This document shows positions 51,538 to 63,226 of a stretch of 64,000 nt of DNA, in pieces. The translations under genes were made by a program, and so were the position numbers. Position 1 is the stretch's first letter. Every line of letters begins with the position of its first letter. This DNA is from Lingula anatina (lineage: Eukaryota; Animalia; Brachiopoda). The notes below the pieces were generated by a model that was given only the letters and a program-made list of their open reading frames with translations, was not told where the DNA came from and made no database searches. The stretch lies in contig JBPQGU010000016.1 of assembly GCA_051362555.1 (NCBI GenBank), forward strand, positions 2,790,001-2,854,000, read 5' to 3'.

Positions 51538-53694
51538 TTAAAATTTTTTTAAATATTCTTTATAATTAACAAGCTTACAAATAATTTTTTTAGAATCTGT
51601 TTTTTCATAATATAAAACAAGTTTTTTTGATTTTGCTAATTTTAAAGCTTCTTCTTTACTCATTTTTCCTAAAAACTTACCTTTTTCATCAATTACTTCA
51701 AAAGTAGAAAATGGTATATCATCATTAAACATTTTTATAATTTTACTTTTTTTATATTTATGTTTTAAATAAAATAATAAAATTGATAAAAATATTAATT
51801 TTACAATTAATATTCAAGCAAAAATAAGTTCTAAATCAGTTTTTATTTTTTTAGATGTAATATATTTTTCACCCACTTTACCTCAATAAATACCTTCACT
51901 AAAAGTACCTTTAAATATTAAAATTAAAAATATTATTGTTATTAAAATTCATAAAGAAATAAATACAAATTTATATTTTAAATGTTTTGAATTTTTACTT
52001 TCAAAAACATATTCTTTTTTCTTAATATTATTTTTTATATTTAAAAAATTATCTTTATTAAAATCTTTTCTATTTTGAATAATAGATTTAAACATTGCAA
52101 TTATTTGTAAATAAATAATCAACAAATATGGTGCACCCATAAATACTGCAAAATCTCTAATTGCTATCATAATCTTTGAACTATCACCACCAATTAATTT
52201 ATATGCAATTGCTAATAATGTAATTGAAATACCTCATATAAAAATTGAAATTCTTCATGGTTTTTCTTCACCTTTTTTTGAAACAATTGATGCAACAGAA
52301 ATTGAAGCTGATGTTCCAGTTGTAGCAACAAAAGTTACAAAAACAATTAATGAAATAACAGATAAAATTTTAAAAAATGGAAACTTAGATAATAATTTAA
52401 AAAATGCACCATTTACTGAATAAGTTTTAGCAACAATATTATAAACATCTGAATCACCATTAAATAAATTAAAAAATGAAAAACCACCAAAAACACTAAA
52501 TCATAAAGCCATAAATACTGCAGGAACAATTACACTTGCAAGACAAAATTGTCTAAAAGTTCTACCCTTTGAAATACGTGCTAAAAACACACCCATAAAT
52601 GGTGTTCATGATATTCATCATAAAATATATGCACTTGGTCAATCATTCAATCACTTTGATCATGATGTATCTAATGGATAAGAATTAAAATGTCTTGTAA
52701 TTGAACTTGGTAAGCTTCCAATTGATTCAATAGATTGATTAATAAAAAACTTTGTTGGTCCTACTAAAAAAATAAATGCAAAAATAACTAATGCAATATA
52801 TATTGTAATATTTCCTAATTTTGCCATCCCTTTCTTTAATGGAGTTATACTTGCAATTATAAAAACAAATGCAATTATAGCAATAAATATTAAAGAAGTT
52901 GCTTTAATTCATTTTGGATCAATTTTTCCATCAAAAAATGCAATACTTAATGATTCTGTCATATTTCCACCAGCAATTGCAACTGATGCTGCAACTGTAA
53001 AAACTGCTGTTATACCAGCTAAACAATTTGCAAATATTCCAATATATCTAAATATTTTAGATTTTCCAAATCCTTTTTCTATAACAGAACCAGGTTGAAA
53101 TGTTGCATTATATTTTTTGTTAAAAACAAATCAAGCAATTACTAATCCAGAAATAGTATATATGCACATTGCAGGTATACCTCAATCTCAAACTGAAAGA
53201 GAAATTGATTCTTTTATTGCATTACTAGCATTACTAATTTGATCAGAATTTAATCCACTTATTCCACTTTTTATTACTGGTGCTAATTTTTCTTTTAATG
53301 GTGAAAATTCAACATGAAATATTGGTTCTGCAACACCAAATGTTAAAGTACCAACACCAACACCAGCTGTAAACAACATAGTTAATCAAGTAAATGTTGA
53401 ATATTCTGGTTTTGTATCACCAATTCGTTTACTTCCATATTTAGTGAAAATAAAAAAACAAATAATTATCAAAAATATAAATGGTGTAATTAAAAAAAAT
53501 CAAGTAAATTTCTCAGATACAAATGTTTTACTTTTACTAATAGTTTTTGCAAATGTATCTGGAATACTAATTGCAATAGCAGATAAAAGTAAAATAAAAA
53601 ATGAAGATATAAAAAATCCTCAACTATTATTTTTTAAAAAAAGAGAAATACTTTTTTTATTTTTAATACTATTTATTATTAAAAATTTTTTCAT
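51538..53694 (-). CDS. BCCT-family (betaine/carnitine/choline) transporter fused to two extra TMs and a C-terminal IF3-N-like domain
   Basis: [46 protein letters not shown]; no TAA/TAG in frame between 52170 and 51540; 718 aa. Confidence 0.9.
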
Positions 53695-53728
53695 AAATTT
53701 AAACCTTTCTCTTTTTTATTTTGTTTTT

Positions 53729-53763
53729 TTTTTTTTTTTTTCAAGTACTTTTTTAAAAAAATA
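53729..53763 (-). promoter_or_regulatory. Upstream element (AAGTACTTG + poly-A) shared with the pyrG upstream region
   Basis: Matches 61965-62000; the A tract is 18 nt here and 13 nt there. Confidence 0.55.
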
Positions 53764-53880
53764 AAAAAATCTCTTATTATAAAGAAATAAAATAAATATA
53801 AAAATGAAAAAATTATAAAAAAAAAGTTCTTACAAAAATGTACGAACTTTTAAAAAGTTTTTTTTAAATTTATAAATAAA

Positions 53881-55557
53881 CTAAAAAATACTTATTTTTG
53901 AATCTGGATTTGAAATATTTATTAAAGCACCAAATACAATTAAAACTAAACATATAATAAATAATATAATTAATAATTTATAAATTGATTTTAAAAATTT
54001 AACATAACTTATTTTACAAAATGATGTTGAAACCATTACTGCAGCATATGTTGGAGCAAATAAATTTCCTAAACCAATTCCCATTGTATATGCAGTTATT
54101 GAACCTGCTAAACAATGATTTTGAGTTATTCCTTCTGCTTTTTCAATTTCATAAATTGAAGGACCTAAAAGTGGAAAAATAGCTTTTGCTAATCCAGATG
54201 TAGATGGAATAAGTAATGAAACTGGAATTGTAAGTATATATATCAAAATTGGAACTGTAAATCTTTTATCACCAGAGCTTTTTTTTACATTATCAATAAT
54301 TCCATTAATAAACAAATATTTTAAATTTGTTGCTTCAAACAAAACAGAAATACCACTTGCAAATCCAATACATAAAACAGCTGGAATCATTTTCTTACAA
54401 CCAGTTGTAAAGTTTTCTACAACATCATCTCAAGAAAATCTTGCAATTTTTGCAATAATTACAGTACAAAACAAAAATCAAACTGATAATGCAGTTAAAT
54501 TTCAAGAACCAAATTGAAATTTTGAACCATTTTTCATTCTTGAATTTACACCAGAATTGTTAAATCAAGAAGTTGATGGATTATTATTAAAAGTAACATT
54601 TTCAACAGTTTGAAATGTATTAGTTTGTGCAATCTTATCATATGGAATAACTAAAAATAACATTAAAACAAATGAAAAAATAAAAACTAGTGTTATTATT
54701 AAATTTCTTTTTATATTACCACTTACCTTTTCCATAGATTCAACATCAAATTCACTTTTATAATATTCAAATTTATCTTTAAAATATGAATTTGATTTAT
54801 TTTTTTTAACTCTATATGAATAAATCATTACACATAAACATGCAGTAATAAACATAACAATTCATATAACTCATCTTCAAGCCATACCATCAGATATTGA
54901 GATATTTTCTTTTAAATTTGAATAACTTTCAATAGATGAATTTGATATATCAGTTGCAATTATTGTTGCAAATGGATTTACTGTTGAACCAATAACACCA
55001 GAACCAGCACCAATAAAAACAACTAAAAATGAACTTCAAATATCAAAACCGGCTGCTAAAAATACTGGAACAACAAATGCATACAATGGTAATGAAGATG
55101 TTCCCATACCATTAAATGTTCCATTTAAACTTAAAAACAACATAATTGGTATAACAACTCATGTTGTTTTAAACATATTTTTACATTCTATTCATATTTT
55201 TTTTATAAAATTTGTTTCAAAATTTCTTTCTATTTCTAAATTAAATTTAATTTTTTTTAGAAAATTTAAAACAATTGAATTCATTGCTTTTGTTTTTATT
55301 GTTACAAACATAAATGAACCAAAAATAAACAAAAAAACAGAAATACCTACTGAATTATAAAGACCAACTGGAATTGTTGATATCCATTGTAAAATACCAG
55401 CACCATAAATATTTATTTTTTCATTTTTTTCATTTGTGGTTGTTACATTTTGTCAAGATAATATTAAACTTAAAATACCAAAAAAACAAATTCCAATAAA
55501 CAATAATATTAATGTATTTGGTAGTTTAAACCTTCTTTTTTTTAATAAACTTTTCAT
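53881..55557 (-). CDS. YfcC/ArcD-family transporter, second paralogue
   Basis: FKLPNTL start, AGSGVIGSTVNPF, IPSTSGLA; AAAGGAG RBS. Confidence 0.9.
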
Positions 55558-55587
55558 ATTCTCCTTTCTTATTTTTAAAAAAAAATT

Positions 55588-55619
55588 AAAAGAGCAAAAA
55601 AATATTTTTTTGCTCTTTT
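55588..55619. terminator. Palindromic hairpin between gatB and the YfcC paralogue
   Basis: AAAAGAGCAAAAAAA-TA-TTTTTTTGCTCTTTT. Confidence 0.75.
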
Positions 55620-55675
55620 CTTTATTAAAATATTTTAATTTTTAATATATTTTAATTTTTAATATATTTTATTTT

Positions 55676-56566
55676 TTAATATATTTTATTTTTTTTAATA
55701 AATTTTTTATTATTATAAACTATTTCTTCAGGAATTTCAATTGGTAAAATATTTGTTTCAGGAATAAAATAATAATCTTCTTCAACATTTTTTTTTGTTA
55801 AAATAATTATTTTTTTTGATTTTTGATCATATTTTTTAATTATTAAAAGATTAAAAATTCCTCTTTTTAAATATTCTTTTTGATCTTCATATTCTAAATT
55901 AATAAAATGTAAAATATCTTCTATTTTATTTAAATGTTTAATATAAATAGTATTTTTTGATTTTAAATCATTTGTAAAAAAATCTAATTTTATTGAAATT
56001 TTTATATTTTTATCTAAAAAATCAGATTTAATAATTTTAGCTTTTTTTAATTTTAAAATAAAATCATTTAAAAAATATTTAATATCAATTGGATAATCAA
56101 AATCTGATTTTGTAACTATTTTAATTATTGCAATACCTGATCTATTATAATCAACATACAAACTATCATCCAAAAATTTAGAATCTGCAACATCTTCTTC
56201 TAAAACAATTGAATCAATATTTATTTCTTTTTCTTCTTTATTTTCTTTTAAAAATTTAAAATTACCACCAATTGCAAATGGTTTCAAATATTGTGTAATT
56301 TTAAAACCTTTTGGTAAATCATGATAAAAATAATTTTTTCTATCAAAATATAATTTTTTACTAATTTTTGAATTTAATAAAAGTGCTAATCTAACTGCTA
56401 ATTCAACAGCTTTTTTATTTAAAGTTGGCATTGAACCTGGTATTCCAATGTCATCAATACTTACATTTTCATTATATTTTGAATTAATGTTATTTTTTGA
56501 TGTTGAAAATAATTTTGTTTTAACATCCATTTGTATATTTAATTTTAATCCGATTTTAACTTTCAT
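55676..56566 (-). CDS. gatB: Truncated, degenerate GatB (N-terminal domain only)
   Basis: FDRKNYFYHDLPKG, LEED and DYNRSG recognisable; 296 aa; GLEVH replaced by GLKLN. Confidence 0.85.
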   Translation of the reverse strand: MKVKIGLKLNIQMDVKTKLFSTSKNNINSKYNENVSIDDIGIPGSMPTLNKKAVELAVRLALLLNSKISKKLYFDRKNYFYHDLPKGFKITQYLKPFAIGGNFKFLKENKEEKEINIDSIVLEEDVADSKFLDDSLYVDYNRSGIAIIKIVTKSDFDYPIDIKYFLNDFILKLKKAKIIKSDFLDKNIKISIKLDFFTNDLKSKNTIYIKHLNKIEDILHFINLEYEDQKEYLKRGIFNLLIIKKYDQKSKKIIILTKKNVEEDYYFIPETNILPIEIPEEIVYNNKKFIKKNKIY

Positions 56567-58025
56567 TATGTTTTACTACCTTTTTCATTTTTTCAATAAT
56601 TGTTGCAAATTTTAATAATTTATAATCATCTCTTACTTTTGACATTATATTTAATGAATACTTCTCTTTGTTTTCATCATAAAATGGAACTACAATAGAT
56701 GGATTTCCTAAAAAATTAGCTATAAGTAATAATTCATTCATTGATAAACCAGATAATTCTGGATTATTTTTAGATTTTTTAATATCTTCTATTGTTGAAG
56801 CTAATCCAAAAGTTGCAGGTGTAATTATAAAATCATATTCTTTAAATTTTTTTTCAAAAAAATCATTAATATATTTTCTTAATTTTTGACCTTTTACATA
56901 GTAACTTTCATTATCTTTATCAAATTCTAAAAAGAATGATCCTAAAGTTCATCTTCTTTTTACCTCGCTTCTTAAAGAATTAGTTCTATTTATAATTATT
57001 TGTTCTTCATATGTTTTTTTTAAATTTAAAGTTTCATTTGGTAAAGAACCAAAATGAATACCTGTTAAATCTGCTTGACTACTAATAGCTTCAGGATAAC
57101 TTACCATTTGATAAGTTAAAGACAAAGATTCTAGTATTTTGTCTTCTATTAAAAATTTTTCAATTTCATAATCTTTATTCTTTTTTAAATCATTAATAAA
57201 ATCTTGAAAAATTTTATTCATTTTTTTTGAAACCATTTTGTCATCATTAAAAAATCCAATTTTTAATTTCTTTTTTAATGGTACATCTAATGATTCAAAT
57301 TTTGGTGGTAATTGTGATGTTAGATCAAATTTATCTTCTTTAAAAATAATTTTACATATATTAAATAAATCTTTACAATTAGTTGTTAAAATACCAACTG
57401 TATCTAATGATGGTGAATATGGTATTAAACCTCTTCTTGAAATTAAACCATATGTTGGTTTAAAACCAACAACACCTAAATAAATTGCTGGACATCTTGC
57501 TGAATCTCCTGTATCACTTCCTAATGAAAATACACAAAAATCATTAATATATGCTAAATATTGTAAAACTGCTGCACCTGTTGAAGAACCACCAACCATC
57601 CTTTTTGGATCAATTGGATTTATAACTGGTACATCATTTTCAATACCTGTTCCACCCAATGCTAGTTCATCCATTCTTGTTATTCCAGTAAGTATTGCAC
57701 CATTATCTTTTAAAATTTTGACAACATATGCATCCATTTTAGGTTGGAAATCTTTTAAAATTTTTGAACCTGCTTCTATTTTTAAATCCTTATCTGAAAT
57801 TCAATAATTATCTTTAACAAAAAATGGAACTCCAAATAATTCTTTATCTTTATATTTTTCTATAAACTCTTTATCATTTAATAATTTATAAATTTTTTTA
57901 AATCTTAAACTAGTAAAAAAATTAAATTCTTTATTACAATTTAATAATTTTTCAAATTTTTTGTAATAAAGAATTAGATCTTTTATATTATTTTTATATT
58001 TTTTTTTAAATTCATTAATATTCAT
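56556..58025 (-). CDS. gatA: Amidase-signature protein GatA
   Basis: VKDN, MDELALGG, GGSSTG, GSDTGDSAR, GFKPTYGLISR. Confidence 0.92.
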
Positions 58026-58028
58026 AAT

Positions 58029-58328
58029 TTACTCTATTTTGTTTGAAATTAAATATAAATTCCGATTGAATCTATTATTTTTAATCAAATCTTTATTTTT
58101 ACCCACTATATCTTTAACTTCAATATCATCTTGACGTAAACCAATTACATTTTTTAAATTTAAATATCTTAATGGTTCAATATTATTGAAATCAAATTTT
58201 TTTAAAACATTTAAACGTTTAAAAACAATGTTTTCAAACTCTTTTTTTAACAAATGAATTTGTTTATCATTTAATCTAATTCTTACTTTATGTGCAAGTT
58301 TTTTTATTTTTTCTTCAGAAATAAACAT
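58029..58328 (-). CDS. gatC: GatC-like subunit
   Basis: MFISEEKIKKLAHKVRIRL...LRQD; directly upstream of gatA. Confidence 0.8.
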   Translation of the reverse strand: MFISEEKIKKLAHKVRIRLNDKQIHLLKKEFENIVFKRLNVLKKFDFNNIEPLRYLNLKNVIGLRQDDIEVKDIVGKNKDLIKNNRFNRNLYLISNKIE

Positions 58329-58446
58329 AATAAAAATAATGGGGGGGGATTTCATAAAATAATAAAGAAGAAATGGTATAAAATGTTGTACCCCCCACAT
58401 TTTTTTTACTCCTAAAAACAAATTTAATACCTAATAAATTATTTAA

Positions 58447-58575
58447 TTATTTTGCTTCTTCAATACCAAATTTATCTTCTTTACTTTTTGAGAAAAATTC
58501 AAAAAAAACAAATCCAAAAAATATTATAAAAAAGAAAGAAATTAATACAATTGCAAATATTGTTCCTATTTCCAT
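58447..58575 (-). CDS. 42-aa single-TM protein, probable MetS-like small subunit of the NSS transporter
   Basis: GGAG RBS; MEIGTIFAIVLISFFFIIFFGFVFFEFFSKSKEDKFGIEEAK*; 25 bp after the NSS stop. Confidence 0.7.
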   Translation of the reverse strand: MEIGTIFAIVLISFFFIIFFGFVFFEFFSKSKEDKFGIEEAK

Positions 58576-58600
58576 AATTTAAACTCCATAAACTTTCTTA

Positions 58601-60277
58601 TTATTCTTCGATATTTTCAATATGATATTTCTTTTTATATCAAAGAATTGAAACTGTTCAAACAATAATTGGTATTCAAAACATCAATGTTAAAACTACT
58701 CATTGAGTTGTTGAAACTTCAGATAATTTGCTACCATTATATTCAGAAATTGTTGAATATAAACTTGAACAACATACAAACAAAATTGCAAAAAATGAAC
58801 AAACTATCAAACCATAAAACAAATTCTTATTTCATTTAATTTTTGCTTTCTTGTTGTTAAATTCTATAATTTCATTACATGATTTTCTGTTTGTTGCAAA
58901 CATAAGCGCTTGTTGTAATGATAAAAATAGTAGTAATCACATCATTCATCCATCAATTGTTAAGGTATACATTGCATCAACATTTGAATTAAATACAAAA
59001 AATATACCAAAGAAGAATTGAATTAAAATTGTAACTAATGATCCATATTTTCTTTGCATTCCAGTGTTTTCATATAAAACACTTGTTCCTGTTTCAACCT
59101 CTCCAATTAATGATGATAAACCAGCAAAAACTGCTGATAAAAAGAAAAATGCACCTAAAATGTTTCCTATAATTTTAACATTCATTCTTTCACCAATTCC
59201 TTTAAAGAAAACAGGAAAAGTTTTAAAAATTAGTTTTGAACCACCAATATCTTTGTCATATATTTTTCCATCTGTTTCAAATATTGCAAAACTTTTTCAA
59301 TCTTCTACTACTCTTGAAACACCACTTTCAAATACATCATTTTCATTATGTGTTTTTAAAACAGTACCAAGTTTATATTCTTTTTCACCAATTTGCAAAC
59401 CACTTTTCATCATTCCTCCAATTGTTGCAGCAATAATGAAACCACCTAATAATGCAATTAATGTGTCACCACAAACAATTATAAATGCTTGTGTTGTGTT
59501 ATCTCTTTCTTTGGGAGCTTTTGATGAATAAATCATAATAATAGCTGAAACCAAAGATAAAGAAAATATTGATTTTCCAAATGCAGAACCTCAAGCTTTA
59601 AAATCACTTAATTTTGTTAAATCTGGTTTAAAAACTGCTTCAATTCCTAAATCATATCCATCAATTGTAAATGAATATACAAAAAAAGCAATTAATAATA
59701 AAAACAGAATAGGAATCATAATTTTACATGCTAATTCAACACCTTTTTTAATTCCTCTGTTAACAATTATTCATAATGATACAAAAACAACAAGAACAAC
59801 AAATAATGTTCAAAAAGATGCACCACCATGTGACATGTTTGTTGGATCCACATTTTTTATTTCTTTTCCTGTTATATTTAAAACATTTTGATCCATAAAT
59901 TTAAAATTATTACCAAATTCTGATGAAAATGAACTAAAAAACATTATTAATATTCAAGCTACAACTCAAACATAATATGTACCAATAATAAATTGACCTA
60001 TTGCTTGCACTAAACCAAATGCAGGTCCTGTTCTTTTTCAATATTTTTTATATGCAATTACTGGAGAAGTTCTCCATTTATTTCCAAGTGTTGATTCCAA
60101 TACAAAAAATGGAATACCTAACACAAATAAAGAAATAACATATGGTATTAAAAATGCCACCCCACCATATGAAATTAATGATGTAGGAAATAATCATAAA
60201 TTCCCTAAACCTACAGCAGAACCAAGTGTTGCAAGTATAAAACCAACATTAGAAAAATTTTTGGATTTACTTTTCAT
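58601..60277 (-). CDS. NSS/SNF-family sodium-dependent transporter 2
   Basis: GFILATLGSAVGLGNLWLFP...GGVAFLIPY; FAGLSS. Confidence 0.93.
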
Positions 60278-60300
60278 TTTTTTTATAAATTCTCTCTTTC

Positions 60301-61869
60301 TTACTTAGTTTTGATTTCTCAAACTTTTTTTACAAAATAATCAAAAACCGGATGTGAATTATCTAATTTTGTACTCAATTCTGGATGAAATTGTAAACCT
60401 AAAAAGAATGGATGTTTTTTTAATTCAAAACATAATGGTATACCTTCTGAATCGTTTGAAACACCAGACAAAATTAAATTATCATCTCTATCTTCTAAAA
60501 CTTTTTTAAATTTGTTTTGAAATATAAATGAATGTCTTCTTCTTTCATATATACAATTTAAATCACAAAATTTTTTCTTATAAATTTCTTCAATTAATGA
60601 ACCTTTTTTAGGTTTTACTTTTATTTCACCAAGTGAAATGTTTTTATATTCATTTAAATAATCAATTATTAAAACATCATCACAACATTTTGAAATTTCT
60701 GAAGTGTTAGCTTGTATATTCAAAACATTTCTGAAATACTCAATAGTTAAAATTTGCATACCATAACATATTGATAAAAATGGAATATTGTTTTCACGTG
60801 CATATTTTGTAATTAACATCTTTCCATCAAATCCAATATCACCAAATCCACCTGGTGAAAGTATTCCATCATATTTTTTCAAAAATGCATAATCTTTTGT
60901 TTTTTCAAATTCTTGTGGTAAATAATTTAATGTATTAACTTTAATACCATGTTTAAGTCCACTTTGTTTTAATGAAAAAATAATTGAATAATAAGCATTT
61001 TTATTATTAGCTGCATCTTGATCAACAATTAAAAAGTTTAATGATTTTTTACTTTTATTCATTAATTTATATTTTTCTTTATAATCATCAATTAAAGTTT
61101 TATCAAGATGTTCTTTTAAATCAAATTTTTGTAAAACTAATTCAAAAATTTTATAATCTAAAAGTTTTTGTACAATTTCAAAATCAAAATAAACATTTTC
61201 TAAACAAAAAGTTTTACTATTTTCAAAAACTTTAATATCTTTGCATTTTGGTTCATCTGATCTTAAAATGCATAAATCCATTTTTATCTTTTTTGAATTA
61301 AAAAAATTAATTGCTTTCTTTTCTTTTACAATTGATTCTTCATCACCTTTTAAAACTAAACAATTTAATGTTTCAAAATTATTTTTAAATTTCTTTAAAA
61401 TTTCAACAAAAATATCATATGATGGATTTTCAACATTACCACCTAATTCTATAATTGTAATTTCTGGTTGAATTTTATTTATTAAAAATTCAATTTTATA
61501 TTTAAATTTATTAAATACTTCATTTACAAAATCAATTTTTATACCTTTAAATTTATTTTTATTTTCCATCTTAGCAATGTCTTTTAAAACTAAACCTAAA
61601 GTTATAGATTGTTTTGAAGATTGATTTTGATTTAAAAATCTTTCATAATGTGCAATATCAAAATCAACTTCCTTACCATCTTGTGTTACAAAAACTTCTC
61701 CATTCTCTGAAGGATCAATAAATTTTGAAGAAATATTTAAATAATAATCCAACTTCAAAATTAATGGTTTTAAATTATTTTTTTTAAATAAATAACCAAA
61801 AGATGAAGCAATTAAAGATTTACCAATATCTGAAAATTCTCCACCTAAAACAAATAAAATTTTTCTCAT
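60301..61869 (-). CDS. pyrG: CTP synthase homologue with an eroded synthetase domain and an intact class I GATase domain
   Basis: GEVFVTQDG...HYERF; PGGFG, ICYGMQ, QFHPE. Confidence 0.88.
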
Positions 61870-61964
61870 TTCTCAACTCCTATTAAATTTCTTATTTAAA
61901 ATTTTTTTATTTTTTTTCATAGTGGCAACTTATTTAATACTTTTCAATTTTCTTATCCACCATA

Positions 61965-62000
61965 TTTTTTTTTTTTTCAAGTACTTTTTTAAAAAAATAA
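61965..62000 (-). promoter_or_regulatory. Second copy of the AAGTACTTG/poly-A upstream element
   Basis: Matches 53729-53763. Confidence 0.55.
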
Positions 62001-62092
62001 TAAAAGAACATATAAATAATAAAAAAAATAAATTATAATTTTAATAATCAAAAAAATAAAAATTAAAAAATAAAAATTATTTTAATAAATAT

Positions 62093-63100
62093 ATGAAAAT
62101 AAAATTAAAAATTATAAAAAAAATTATAAAAAAAGAAAATTTAGAAAATATTATAATTTTTACTGAATTAAATAGATTTTGAATAACTAATTTTAAATCT
62201 AGTTATGGATTTTTAATTTTTTATAAAAATAAAGAAAAACCTGATTTATTTTTAGATTCAAGATATATACTTGAAGGTAAAGAAAAAGTTAAAAATATAA
62301 ATGTTTATAAATTAGATAAATTTATAAAAATTTTTCAAAAATTAAACGGAAACATTGGAATTGAAAATGATTTAAAGGTTGAAACATTAAATTTATTTAA
62401 AAAAATTAATAAAAATTTAAATTTTAAAATAATCAATTTTGATGAATTAAGAGAAATTAAAACAAAAAAAGAAATAAAAAATATAGAAAAAATTTCAAAA
62501 ATAACAAATGAAATTTGAAATGAAATTTCAAATTTAAAATTAAATAATTTTAATGAAAAAGATATTGATTTAAAAATTAGAGAATTATTTTTAAAAAATA
62601 ACATAAAAAATATATCATTTGATCCAATTGTAAGTACAAATTTAAACTCTGTTTTTATACATACAATTCCAACAAATGAAAAAATAAAATCACATTTACT
62701 ATGTGATTTTGGTGGAAAATTAAATGGTTATTGTTCAGATTATACAAGAGTAAAAATACTTGAAAAAAATAAAGAATTAAAAAAATATTATGATTTTGTA
62801 ATTGATGTAAGTAATGAAGTTTTTAAATTAATAAAACCAGGAACCAAAATTTCAACATTAGTAAAAAAAGCAAATGAAATGTATAAAAAAAACAACTATA
62901 AAGTATTACATGCATTAGGACATGGAATAGGTTTAAAAGTTCATGAATATCCATTATTATTTGAAAATAATGAAAAAAAATTAAAAGAAGGAATGGTATT
63001 TACAATTGAACCTGGTGTTTATATAGAAAATGTTGGTGGTGTAAGATATGAAAATATTGTTTTAGTTACAAAAACTGGATACAAAATATTAACAAAATAA
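62093..63100 (+). CDS. Xaa-Pro aminopeptidase (M24 family)
   Basis: DFG...GYCSDYTR, HALGHGIGL, FTIEPGVY, GVRYE. Confidence 0.93.
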
Positions 63101-63226
63101 ATATATTTTTATTAAAAATTAAATATGATAAATAAATATTAAAGATCAATAAATTTAATACATATAAAAAAATAAAAAAATTATAAATTTTTCAATAATA
63201 ATAAAATATAAATAGGAGTTTTAAAT

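Noticed and set aside
58329-58421. N-terminal extension of GatC suggested by the ORF track
   Set aside because: GatC similarity begins at the ATG at 58328; the extension only crosses the structured leader.
58447-58620. Possible frameshift in the C-terminus of NSS transporter 2
   Set aside because: The transporter has a clean TAA at 58601-58603; the downstream TM segment has its own ATG and RBS.
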